Assembly: GCA_016839765.1 (NCBI GenBank)
Contig: JAEOTP010000068.1
Span: 1-64,000 of the forward strand
DNA from: Promethearchaeota archaeon
Lineage (GTDB): Archaea > Asgardarchaeota > Lokiarchaeia > Sigyniarchaeales > SOKP01
Direction of reading: 5' to 3'
Length of the DNA stretch: 64,000 bases
This document shows positions 19,414 through 29,431 of this stretch, piece by piece (positions within the stretch are counted from its first letter, which is position 1; each line of letters starts with the position of its first letter). The translations under genes and the position numbers were made by a program. A model generated the notes under the pieces. That model had not been told where the DNA came from. It searched no databases and saw only the letters and a program-made list of their open reading frames with translations.

Positions 19414-20691
19414 TCACTTGCCTTTTTTATGATAATTTTCTAAAGCAACATCCAAAATTCTTGAGGCAACATATCTTTTTGTAGATTTTTCTACATGTGT
19501 TATATGCTTTTCTTTATCAATTATGTATACTTCATTATCTTTACTGCTAAATCCAATGTCATCTCTACCTATATCATTAGCAACTATTAATTCAATTTCA
19601 GATTTTAATAACCTTTTATAAGCACGGTCTATTAATTGAGTCCTAGATACATTAGTTTCTGCTTTAAATCCAACAATATACACTTTATAATTCTTTCTCC
19701 TAGCTTCATCAATAATTTTTGGAGTTAATCTCATATTCACTTGCAATTCCTTAACTTCATCAGATGAGATTTTCCCTTCGATACGTTCTATAGGTTTATA
19801 ATCACTAATTGCTGCTGCTGAAATGAACATATTATAGTCTTTGGAGGAAAGTTCATTTTTAACAGCGTTTATAAAGTCATCTGTTGTTACCACATTTACG
19901 GTATTTATGTAGTCAGGGATTTTCACCATACACTCACCTGCGATTAATAATACATCTGCTCCTCTCGCTGCAACTTCTTTAGCTAATTCAATACCCATAC
20001 GCCCTGAGGATCTATTTGATACAAATCTTACTTTATCAATTGGTTCTCTTGTAGGACCCGCTGTGATTAATACTTTTATTCCTTCAAAATCCTTTTTAGT
20101 TATTAATAAATCGATTACACGGTCAATTATATCATCTAGTCTCGCAATTTTGGCCTTTCCTTCAGAGATTCTTGGTCCAAGTATATCCATACCGTACTTT
20201 TTCAAGGTTGATATATTTTTTTCTAATATCGGATGAAACATACTTTCATGCATAGCTGGAACAATAACAATTGGTATTGAGGATCCAAATGCTGTTGAAA
20301 CTACGGTGGTGACAGGCGTATCATCTATTCCGTTAGCTATTTTTGATATTGTGTTTGCTGTAGCTGGACATACTAATATTAAATCTGCTTTTCCTGCAGC
20401 ATTAGGTCTATATCCTGCTAGAAGAACATGTTCCACCTCCCCAGTTAATTTAACGATAACAGGATTACCTGTTGCCCAATGCATCAATGATGGATCTATT
20501 AATGCGGTTGCTGCTTTGGATAGTACTGTAATTACTTCAGCACCCAACCGCATTAATTCTCTAGCTATTATAGGAGCATTTACTATCGCAACTGAACCAG
20601 TTAAACACATACATATTGTTTTTCCACGTAAAATTGTACCTTTTGTTTCAATTATATCTTTTGAAGGATGATGAAATTTCTCTTGTTTCAT
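19414..20691 (-). CDS. coaBC: Bifunctional phosphopantothenoylcysteine decarboxylase/synthetase
   Basis: LTGSVA, PATANTISK, PAMHESM, ITAGPTREPIDKVRFVSNRSSGRMG and GFKAE. Confidence 0.97.
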   Translation of the reverse strand: MKQEKFHHPSKDIIETKGTILRGKTICMCLTGSVAIVNAPIIARELMRLGAEVITVLSKAATALIDPSLMHWATGNPVIVKLTGEVEHVLLAGYRPNAAGKADLILVCPATANTISKIANGIDDTPVTTVVSTAFGSSIPIVIVPAMHESMFHPILEKNISTLKKYGMDILGPRISEGKAKIARLDDIIDRVIDLLITKKDFEGIKVLITAGPTREPIDKVRFVSNRSSGRMGIELAKEVAARGADVLLIAGECMVKIPDYINTVNVVTTDDFINAVKNELSSKDYNMFISAAAISDYKPIERIEGKISSDEVKELQVNMRLTPKIIDEARRKNYKVYIVGFKAETNVSRTQLIDRAYKRLLKSEIELIVANDIGRDDIGFSSKDNEVYIIDKEKHITHVEKSTKRYVASRILDVALENYHKKGK

Positions 20692-20762
20692 AATTCAACA
20701 TCTACTAAAAGAGAGTATACATAATAAAATTTTATGTTTAATTTAAAAATAATGATAGTAGT

Positions 20763-20793
20763 GTCTATAACCTTATGCTAGCATATTATAGAC
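20763..20793. other. Stem-loop/palindrome upstream of coaBC
   Basis: GTCTATAA-cct-TATGCTAGCATA-TTATAGAC: an 8-bp outer stem enclosing a 12-bp perfect palindrome. Confidence 0.5.
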
Positions 20794-20841
20794 TAGAACC
20801 TTAAAGTATGTAATAACCCCCATTTTTCGTCGGACTTCTTA

Positions 20842-21609
20842 TCAAGTCAAATTAAATTCAAATAGGTGATCTTGTATTTTATTTTTAATTTCTTTTAACA
20901 GATCATTTAGTGTATCCTCTGGAATATTTTCTAGATATTCAAACAAATCATTTTGAATTATTGGACTTAGTTTATTCATAAATTTTTCGATAATCTCATG
21001 CTTTTTCAAATATAAATTCTCATAGGTGTGTAAGTAAGTTCTATTAATTTTTTCTAGCCATTTTTTTCCATTTCTCTCTAAAGTCTCTAAAACTTTTTTA
21101 GAACTTGTTGCATTAAAATTTTTAAACTCATGGTGATATTTTTCTAGTTTTTCTTCAAAAAAACCTATGATATAGCTTTTATCTATTGAGGTTAAATTTG
21201 TATTAGAATTAAGAAATAAAATTATCATATATTCATCAAATAGAAAATATAACTGAATTTTAAGATTAGAACCATAAATTTCAAGATGTGATAAATTTTT
21301 AATATTAGTTTGTGTTGCAAAGACTTTAAATGAGCTAAAATACATTGATATGAGATCAACTTCTAAAAAATTTTTAGTATCTTCAGTTATATACGTCTTT
21401 ATTGGCCCATAATTACAACCTTCTTTTGAATCATATTCTAAAACCAAAATTGTATTCCCATACTGATCTGCAACAATAATGCCTAATATTGGGGGCATTT
21501 CATTAAAATTTTTTGAATTAGAAGCAAACTTTATTATAGATTTTTCAGTAAAAGAATTATTTTTGTTAAAATTATTGACTGACTTTAGATGAGAGTCTTT
21601 TATCTTCAA
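20842..21609 (-). CDS. Hypothetical protein, possible longin/roadblock (profilin-like fold) domain
   Basis: ILGIIVADQYGNTIL strand-turn-strand, a helix, three strands, then a helix, as in longin/roadblock proteins. The fold call is tentative. Confidence 0.55.
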   Translation of the reverse strand: MKIKDSHLKSVNNFNKNNSFTEKSIIKFASNSKNFNEMPPILGIIVADQYGNTILVLEYDSKEGCNYGPIKTYITEDTKNFLEVDLISMYFSSFKVFATQTNIKNLSHLEIYGSNLKIQLYFLFDEYMIILFLNSNTNLTSIDKSYIIGFFEEKLEKYHHEFKNFNATSSKKVLETLERNGKKWLEKINRTYLHTYENLYLKKHEIIEKFMNKLSPIIQNDLFEYLENIPEDTLNDLLKEIKNKIQDHLFEFNLT

Positions 21610-21695
21610 TTATTTACACTTTTTTTCCTACATAGAGTATAATTCAATTTTAAATTTATTTTTAAATAAAAGTGATAGACTGTGTTAATTTTTGC

Positions 21696-22238
21696 TTAAG
21701 AGGATATATTTATTTTTAAGTTTTGATAGATCTCATTTTGATTTGCTACTTTGCATATAATTTTAATTTGAGGCTTGTTATTTTGAAAAATTATGTGTTT
21801 TTCTAATAGCTGATTTACAGCTTTAATATATTCTCCATTGCGGCCCACCGCAATAGCTCTGTCCTGATAGGACAAAAATTTTATTGAGATTAATCTTTCA
21901 TTTGAGAAATTAGTTGCTTCAATTTTAATATTATAAATAAAGATATCAGGGAAAAGGCTATATAGAAGATGTATTAACGTAGATTGTTCTTTAATTATTG
22001 CTACTTTTTTGGATAAACTTCTTCTTAAATTGTACAAATGCTTTTTAACTTCGTTATAAGTAATTAGATCTTTATTTACAATAAAGAAAGCGAATTGGTT
22101 AATGACGATAACGCATTTAGGATATATATTGGTTTTTTTAAAGAAGAATTCATACAATTTTAACTCAAAATTTGAATATTTCCTTACAAAAGATAAAACT
22201 TGATAAAAAACTAAATCTTCTAAAATGGTGTATAGCAT
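21696..22238 (-). CDS. Divergent archaeal NusA-like tandem KH protein
   Basis: Second KH motif DRAIAVGRNGEYIKAVNQLLEKH and LRRSLSKKVAIIKE match archaeal NusA. The first KH GxxG is missing. Confidence 0.7.
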   Translation of the reverse strand: MLYTILEDLVFYQVLSFVRKYSNFELKLYEFFFKKTNIYPKCVIVINQFAFFIVNKDLITYNEVKKHLYNLRRSLSKKVAIIKEQSTLIHLLYSLFPDIFIYNIKIEATNFSNERLISIKFLSYQDRAIAVGRNGEYIKAVNQLLEKHIIFQNNKPQIKIICKVANQNEIYQNLKINISS

Positions 22239-22280
22239 AATAGAATTTTTTAAAGTAAAGTTTTAAACTACTAATTTTAC

Positions 22281-24653
22281 TTACACAATTTGAGAATTTT
22301 TAACATCTAATTTTAAGTTTAATTTATTCGCAAATTTATTGATTTTATTAAAAAAATCTTGATTTACCAGATTCCTATTACCTAAATTTAGGATTTGGGA
22401 AAGTTTTCGGCCATAATACGTTTTATGAAGGTTTGTTATGTCATATTGCAAATTTTCTTCATCTGAGGATTTATATACTGTAGATTTTTCAAATTCTTCT
22501 TTCCTAATTTTTAAAATCTCATCTGAATATTTCATAAACGGAGTATTTTTCATTTTTTTTATTTTGAATACTTTAGTTGTTCCAAGTTCTCTTTTCGTAA
22601 GAATTTTTTTAATTAGAGAATGAGTTTCGTCCAAAAATTTTTTTCTAAATTGTTTTAGAGTAATATCTTCTGAGAATAAATTCTTAATAATATCAGTATA
22701 ATGTAAATTTAAACCAGCTAATTCTTTTGTTAAATTTAATAAGGATAATATCTGATTCGTTTTTATTTCTTGATTTATTTTTAACTCATCAAAAATATAT
22801 TCTCTTTCTTGATTTATGAAATTAAATAAAAATTCTCTGAAATTTTTGATAAACTGATTATAATTTGGAATAAATAATTTATTAGGATTGTAATATACAA
22901 TTTCATCAGCTTCAAACGGAGATATTTTTTTATTTAAAACAAGTTTAATAACGGATAATGGGTAATACCCTTCAATAAATTCCATACCATTGGAAACACT
23001 ATTAATTGCATCTTTAAAAGAACATTTGGTTATTACATTTATAGTTTTAATTATGTTCCCTTCAATTTTAACAGGATTTTTTTGACAGTAACATAAATCA
23101 AAAGGTTTTAAGTCATGAAATAAAGGATTATTTTGATCTGGAATTACAATTTGAGATTCATATGCATTAACTATGTTTGCTTGACGAGGTTTACTAGCTA
23201 AATCCCATTCAATTATGATGATATCCTTAAAATTTGAGAATTTTTGGGAGCCTTCATAATTATCATCAATAAGTTTTGAAATTAAAGAAAATCCATCCAT
23301 AGGATTTACGTTATATTCTTCATTTTCACCCCAAAATTGATTTTTATAGTAAAATATATCCGGGAAATTATTTAAATCATCTAAAAACAATTCTTTAATT
23401 ATAAAATAATTAATACCGATTTCGGAGGATTTGATCGTTGATTCATTCAACCCATAAAATCCAATATGTTTAATTATATAACTATAAACTGGAATTTTTA
23501 GATTCTCCTTATTATGAGTGACTATATATGTATTCCTTTTCTTTCTGAAATCAACTTTTGTTTTTTTTAAATTATGGTGTTCTGCAAGAAGTTTTAAAAA
23601 AGCAAACTTTTTTAAATAAACTTTTCTCTCTAATTCTCTTATTTCAGCCTTATATCTTTTATATTCCTCATTATAATCAGTTTTAGGAATATTAAATATT
23701 TCAAATTGATTTTTCATTAATTTAATTTTTTCGATAACGGAAAAACTGTCGATCTCATTCAGGAAATAATTCAAAATTTCCTTATTAAACGCTATATAAT
23801 CTTTAGATGAAAATATTTTTTCAAAAGAAGGTTTGAATTTAATTATTCTTTTCAGATTTTTCTTAATAAAAAATATAGAAAAGTATCTCTCATTAAATTT
23901 ATTAGATTTTGTCATTCTTATTAATTTATCAATTAAAGACGATAAAAATGAAAAGTCTTCAAATTGATATATATCTAGAATTTTATCTATAAATTGAATA
24001 ATTCGAAGCACATCAAAAAAGTCATATTTCCATATAGCAGATAAAATGAGTTTAAGTCCTTTTTCAATGTAAGATCTATATTTTATCAAGTAATCTCCGA
24101 GATCATTTTCATAGGCAAACTTCACGAACTCAAAAAATTCAATAAATAGGGAATTATTCAAGGCTATTTTGAGATATTTTTCGATTATTGGTTCACATTC
24201 ATATTGATTGATTATCGCTTTATTTAAATAATTCAAACCTTCCACAAAATTATCTCCATTTAAACAAGAATTTGCCAATATTAGGAAGTTATCACTTTTT
24301 TTTTTTGAACCAAAATCTTCAGAAGTTAAATTATACTTCTTGAGTTCCTTAAATATTTTAAATGAAAGTTTTTCTTTTAAAATAAGTAATAATTTTACTA
24401 TATGAATGCAAATTTTATCACCTAATTCGGTATGGATTAAAAAAGTTGGGCAATCGTGGAAGATTTCATAATTTTTCTCATCAATTATTAAATGAAATTC
24501 ACGATCCTCATCTAGAATGATGCATCTTATATTAACTGGAGTTTCCTCTAAAGAAATTATATTTATCTTATTGGTGGGAAATTCAGATGATTTTTTATAT
24601 AAATTTAATCCAAATTGATCTTTTAATAATTCAGCTAAAGAATTATCAACCAT
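22281..24653 (-). CDS. Large hypothetical protein with an N-terminal SWIM-like Zn finger
   Basis: FHDCPTF-x9-ICIHIVKLLL (H/C-x-C...C-x-H pattern), followed by helical TPR-like segments. Confidence 0.7.
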   Translation of the reverse strand: MVDNSLAELLKDQFGLNLYKKSSEFPTNKINIISLEETPVNIRCIILDEDREFHLIIDEKNYEIFHDCPTFLIHTELGDKICIHIVKLLLILKEKLSFKIFKELKKYNLTSEDFGSKKKSDNFLILANSCLNGDNFVEGLNYLNKAIINQYECEPIIEKYLKIALNNSLFIEFFEFVKFAYENDLGDYLIKYRSYIEKGLKLILSAIWKYDFFDVLRIIQFIDKILDIYQFEDFSFLSSLIDKLIRMTKSNKFNERYFSIFFIKKNLKRIIKFKPSFEKIFSSKDYIAFNKEILNYFLNEIDSFSVIEKIKLMKNQFEIFNIPKTDYNEEYKRYKAEIRELERKVYLKKFAFLKLLAEHHNLKKTKVDFRKKRNTYIVTHNKENLKIPVYSYIIKHIGFYGLNESTIKSSEIGINYFIIKELFLDDLNNFPDIFYYKNQFWGENEEYNVNPMDGFSLISKLIDDNYEGSQKFSNFKDIIIIEWDLASKPRQANIVNAYESQIVIPDQNNPLFHDLKPFDLCYCQKNPVKIEGNIIKTINVITKCSFKDAINSVSNGMEFIEGYYPLSVIKLVLNKKISPFEADEIVYYNPNKLFIPNYNQFIKNFREFLFNFINQEREYIFDELKINQEIKTNQILSLLNLTKELAGLNLHYTDIIKNLFSEDITLKQFRKKFLDETHSLIKKILTKRELGTTKVFKIKKMKNTPFMKYSDEILKIRKEEFEKSTVYKSSDEENLQYDITNLHKTYYGRKLSQILNLGNRNLVNQDFFNKINKFANKLNLKLDVKNSQIV

Positions 24654-24657
24654 AATC

Positions 24658-27150
24658 TTAAAATCTTGATTTAATTATTTCAGATATTAATTTTGGAAAC
24701 TCATTCCAATCCTTTATTGTGAGTAATTGTCCTCCTGCAGTCTTAACCATTTTTTCTGCTTCTTTTAAGTTATAAGATGTTTCAGGACAAATAAGAATGA
24801 AATCTACGCCAAGCGAACGCATCACTCTCAATTCTTGCATTGATTCTCTTAGATCAAAAATTTCAGCATCAGTAAACAACACATTTAACTTTTCACGCGA
24901 ACTTGAGTGTTCTTTAAATTGTTTATTTGCCCACTCAAGAGCACTCTGGATTCTTGTACCCCCACGAGCGGCCACAGAAAGCAGATCATCAGCTAATTTT
25001 TCTAAATCTATTTTTTCATCCAATTCTTTTAGAACGTGAGTATCTGATTCAAAAAATGTTATTCCGAACTCATCTTTACGCATCCCATAACACAGCATAG
25101 TAATACAAATACTCATATATGCCAATTTATCACCAGACATTGAACCACTTATATCTAATTCAAAACAAGAAGAACGTAATCCCTTTGCGGTTTCATAAAC
25201 GTAAAAATCATCATAATCTATGTGATCAAGTTCTTTTCCTTTTTCTAGTAAGTTAAAAATAGTTTCTTCTAAATCTATATTTTCGAAATCATCACCGATT
25301 GTATATGGTCTTACTATGTTTATTGGTATAGGACCCGTAGTAGCAGAACCTAAACGAGCTCTAGAATAATAAATACCTAATTCTATTAACATCTTCTTGG
25401 CTAATTCCTTAACTTTTTGCTTTGTGCGTTCTGGCAGATTTTTACGATGTGTAAACCATTGTTTTAGTAAATTTTCACCACTACCTGCTGATAAACAAGC
25501 AATAGTTTTATCTTGTCCTTCATTTCCTCCAATTTGTTGAGCTGCTTTTAACGCTTGATTTAAATTAAAATGTCCTAAGGCACCTAAAGCATCTCTATTA
25601 TCATTTGATAATGCACTACTTATTAACTCTTTAATTCTGTCATAACTCAATTGATCTTGAATTTGATGCATTAAATTTGAAATTCTCTGGAAATCACCAG
25701 TATTTTTCTCAATCATCTTTTTTAATAGCTGGTAATTTGGTTCTATTAATTCAAAAATCTCTTCTTCAGCCATGTTTAGTTTTTTTCCAACATCTTTAAT
25801 TGTTTCTGATTCTGGATTTAAGCCAATTTTCCTAAAAAATTCTGTTGCATCTCTCAACTGATCTGGTGTTTCACATACTTCCAGAGCTTGTTTCATTAGG
25901 TTAGACATTTGCTGTGCCATTTTTTGACTACAATGGATATTTGCACAGCTATTTGTTAATTGTTGTAATCGATGAGAGAGTGATTTGAATGCCTCATATT
26001 TTACTTTTTGATTCATAGCATCTTTTATAGCATTTTGAAGTGCTTGATTAAACAACGAATTCCATGATTTATCTGCGAAAGCACTTTTAGTTAAATTTTC
26101 AAGAGATAAATTCATTTCAGAATTTTGATGTTGTTCATGAAATTGATTTAATAATTCCGCTCTAAGATTGGTTCCAAAGTATTGATCTAAGGAATTAGCT
26201 AAATTAAAATTATGCTCAAAAGAAGAATTATTTAAAGAATTATTTAATACTTTTTGCTGATTAAATTGAGGGGTTTCCCCCAAAGTTCTTGCGGCATTAA
26301 ACAGTTGATCTAAATTATTGATTTGATTTTTAAGTTGGTCTTTTAGATGTTGTAATTGTTTCTTAATATCTTGTTTCTCGACAGTATTATTTAGATACTT
26401 CATTGTTTGTAGAAGATCATCAAGTTTTTTGGTTTTGATTAAATTTTCTAATTCATCAGTTATATCTTGATTATTAAGAGCTTTGCTAGTGATCTTCTCC
26501 CATTCTCGAAAGGAATTCGATTGGATTAGATCATTTAAGCCCAATTCAACTCCTGCTTTTATATCGTCTGGTTCCAGTGAATTAATATTCTGTTCTAAAC
26601 GTTTTTTGGCTTCTTCAATTAGTTTTTCAAGGGAGGAAATTTCCTCTTTATACAGTTCTGAATCATCATTAAAAAAATGCATTGCTGATTTATACGGTTC
26701 TTGTTCTCTCTTCAGGTTTAAATCTTCAATAAATTCTTCTAATTCCATAATTGAATCCTTATCAATAGCTTTTGAAAGTTCTATTTCATCAATAAGTTCT
26801 TGAATTTGATCTAATTCAGATTTTAACTCATCACTTAGGATTTCATCTTCTTCTGATTCACTATTACTTGGAAAAAATGATTCCATCATATCTTTTTTAT
26901 AATTTGGAAAAAGTATTTCAAAAGCAATATCTTGCGCTAATTGTTGATTATCCGGAAAAGATGTAACTGTGCTAATTTCAATATAATCGTTAGGCGTTAT
27001 TTTCCCTTTTCGATAATATCGCGATAAAATTAATTTTGGAATAGAGAGAACTTGTCGTGAAGATGGTATTTGTACAATATCAGGATTTTTTCTCATCTTC
27101 CTGATAAAATCAACAGCGAATTCACATGGATGTTCTGGGAATACGCTCAT
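24658..27150 (-). CDS. VWA-domain protein (CoxE/MoxR-partner type)
   Basis: C-terminal MIDAS DISGS...GGT...FTDAE; directly downstream of the MoxR ATPase. Confidence 0.9.
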   Translation of the reverse strand: MSVFPEHPCEFAVDFIRKMRKNPDIVQIPSSRQVLSIPKLILSRYYRKGKITPNDYIEISTVTSFPDNQQLAQDIAFEILFPNYKKDMMESFFPSNSESEEDEILSDELKSELDQIQELIDEIELSKAIDKDSIMELEEFIEDLNLKREQEPYKSAMHFFNDDSELYKEEISSLEKLIEEAKKRLEQNINSLEPDDIKAGVELGLNDLIQSNSFREWEKITSKALNNQDITDELENLIKTKKLDDLLQTMKYLNNTVEKQDIKKQLQHLKDQLKNQINNLDQLFNAARTLGETPQFNQQKVLNNSLNNSSFEHNFNLANSLDQYFGTNLRAELLNQFHEQHQNSEMNLSLENLTKSAFADKSWNSLFNQALQNAIKDAMNQKVKYEAFKSLSHRLQQLTNSCANIHCSQKMAQQMSNLMKQALEVCETPDQLRDATEFFRKIGLNPESETIKDVGKKLNMAEEEIFELIEPNYQLLKKMIEKNTGDFQRISNLMHQIQDQLSYDRIKELISSALSNDNRDALGALGHFNLNQALKAAQQIGGNEGQDKTIACLSAGSGENLLKQWFTHRKNLPERTKQKVKELAKKMLIELGIYYSRARLGSATTGPIPINIVRPYTIGDDFENIDLEETIFNLLEKGKELDHIDYDDFYVYETAKGLRSSCFELDISGSMSGDKLAYMSICITMLCYGMRKDEFGITFFESDTHVLKELDEKIDLEKLADDLLSVAARGGTRIQSALEWANKQFKEHSSSREKLNVLFTDAEIFDLRESMQELRVMRSLGVDFILICPETSYNLKEAEKMVKTAGGQLLTIKDWNEFPKLISEIIKSRF

Positions 27151-27165
27151 TTAACGGTAACCCTC

Positions 27166-28107
27166 CTATGCTCCTAATGTTTTATGGATTACATTTTCAA
27201 TAATACTTTCAACCCTTATTCCAGGTTTTGGTTTAATACTTCCTAATAATACATATTTTGAAATCTCAGAGAGATATTCATAAACTGATTGTCCTTCCTT
27301 TAATTTTCCCTCTTTTTCTAAAAACCGTCTTCTACCCAACATCTTAGCAATAGCAATTCCTGCTCTAATAGATGCTGGTATTTCAATATCTATTTTATTT
27401 CTTCTAGTTTCATCGATTATCGAATAAATCAACTCTAGCTCAGACTCTTCGACAATAAAATACTCAGGTAAATTAATTCTTATAATATCTAATTCAGTAG
27501 TTTTATCTGGATAAGTTAATTTAATCCACACTTTAATTCTATCTTTTAAAGCTTCTGAAAGCCGATGTGTTCCAGATAATTCCTCTGGGTTCATCGCAGA
27601 AATGAAGAAGAAATCATCATCTGCTTTGATTCTACCTAAATGGGGAATTCCAATTGAAGCTTCTTCTAAAGGTTCCAAAAGTGTATTTTGTGAATATTCT
27701 GTGGCTCGATTGATTTCATTTGCTAAAAATGTCCCTCCTTCTAGCATAGCACTTAATAAAGGGCCTGGATTAAATGCTTCAAGCACGAAACCTTTTTTTA
27801 AAGTTATTGCTGGATCAAAAGAGCCAATAAAATGTGATGGTTTAATTGATTCATCAAGAGTCATCCAGTAAAAGCTTTTATTTTTTTTCTCTTTTACTCT
27901 TAAACTCGCGAAGTATCTACATAGAATGGTTTTTCCAACACCTGGAGGACCAACGAGGGCTGGAAATAAACCAGTGGCCTCAGCATCCCTTAATAATTCT
28001 AAAGCTTTTCCATATTGACCAGATAATACAATTTTAATATCTTCTTCAGAAATATCCTTGATAAGATGTTGACTAAATAATTGTTCAAATCTTTCTTTAT
28101 TTATCAT
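27166..28107 (-). CDS. MoxR-family AAA+ ATPase
   Basis: GPPGVGKT, ANEINRA (Walker B variant NE), LLEPLEE, AMNP and LSEALKDR. Confidence 0.93.
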   Translation of the reverse strand: MINKERFEQLFSQHLIKDISEEDIKIVLSGQYGKALELLRDAEATGLFPALVGPPGVGKTILCRYFASLRVKEKKNKSFYWMTLDESIKPSHFIGSFDPAITLKKGFVLEAFNPGPLLSAMLEGGTFLANEINRATEYSQNTLLEPLEEASIGIPHLGRIKADDDFFFISAMNPEELSGTHRLSEALKDRIKVWIKLTYPDKTTELDIIRINLPEYFIVEESELELIYSIIDETRRNKIDIEIPASIRAGIAIAKMLGRRRFLEKEGKLKEGQSVYEYLSEISKYVLLGSIKPKPGIRVESIIENVIHKTLGA

Positions 28108-28384
28108 ACCAATTTCTCAAATGAATTATAGAGATAAATATCTAATCCTTTATGGGAATATTAAGTTAATGATGATTTAAAACTTTAAAGTTAATAAGTT
28201 AAAATGGATTCTAATCCAGAAACAGAATAAGGTAAAGCTTTTTAAAAATTTTAAATTTCTTTTTTAAATCTTATTTTAAATAATATTTTGTGCCTAATAA
28301 TATCTGATAATAATCAAGATTAACAAATATATTGTTTTAAATGATTTAATATTATAGGTAACTAAAAAAGGTTTATAATAAAAT

Positions 28385-29314
28385 TTGCCCGAGAAAAATC
28401 ATTACCAGAAATCAATAATTCGATATTTTGAATCAGAAAATCAATTGGATTTATTCATTTCATCCAAAAGAAATGAAAATAAGAAAAATAAAACTATAGT
28501 TGGAACACCTCATCCTTTCTTAAAATGGGCAGGTGGAAAAAGACAATTAATTTCCCAATTAGATAAATTTATTCCCCTTAACTTTAATAAATATATTGAA
28601 CCATTTGTGGGGGGAGGAGCACTATTTTTTTATTTATTGCCAACAAATGCTATTTTAATAGATAATAATCTAGAACTAATCAATTGTTATAGAGTTATAA
28701 AAGAAGAGGTCGAGAGTTTAATATTATCTTTAGAAAAGCATAAATATGAACAAGAATACTATTATAGAATTCGCGCTATGGACCGTAATCCTCAAATATT
28801 TATGAATCTAACTGATATTGAGAAAGCTTCAAGAACTATATTTCTGAATAAGTCGGGATACAATGGTTTATATAGAGTTAATAGTAAAGGCTTTTTTAAT
28901 GTACCATTTGGAAGGCATAAAAACCCAAATATATGTGATAAAGAAAACTTAAAAGCTGTGCATAAAATTTTAAAAAATATAAAAATTATTCATGGTTCCT
29001 TTGAATTATGTCTAAATTATGCTGAGAAGGATGATTTTATTTATTTAGATCCACCTTATTATCCTCTTTCAGATACAGCCTTGTTTACTAGTTATACTAA
29101 ACAGGATTTTGGACAAGAATCCCAAATAAAACTATATGAAGTCTTTAAAGAGTTGGATAAAAAAGGATGCCAATTGCTATTAAGTAATTCTTACTGTGAT
29201 TTTATTTTGGATTTATATAGAGATTATAGGATTATTACTTTAAAAGCCAAAAGAGCTATTAATTCTATTTCTTCTAAAAGAGGAGAGATAAATGAAGTGT
29301 TAATTATGAATTAA
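28385..29314 (+). CDS. dam: Dam/DpnM-type N6-adenine DNA methyltransferase (D12 class), no cognate endonuclease in the window
   Basis: FLKWAGGK, EPFVGGG, YNGLYRVN..FNVPFG, YLDPPY and LSNS. Confidence 0.93.
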   Translation: MPEKNHYQKSIIRYFESENQLDLFISSKRNENKKNKTIVGTPHPFLKWAGGKRQLISQLDKFIPLNFNKYIEPFVGGGALFFYLLPTNAILIDNNLELINCYRVIKEEVESLILSLEKHKYEQEYYYRIRAMDRNPQIFMNLTDIEKASRTIFLNKSGYNGLYRVNSKGFFNVPFGRHKNPNICDKENLKAVHKILKNIKIIHGSFELCLNYAEKDDFIYLDPPYYPLSDTALFTSYTKQDFGQESQIKLYEVFKELDKKGCQLLLSNSYCDFILDLYRDYRIITLKAKRAINSISSKRGEINEVLIMN

Positions 29315-29431
29315 AAAAATATTGTTATGCTCCTTTAATTATTTCCTCGAAATCTTTTTTAATCTATAAATCTATAATTTAAATCGTTGTACTTATTATT
29401 ATTAAATAATTCTTGATTTTGGTGATTAAAA

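Noticed and set aside
28385-29314. Restriction-modification or defence island around dam
   Set aside because: No endonuclease or other defence gene nearby; treated as an orphan methyltransferase.
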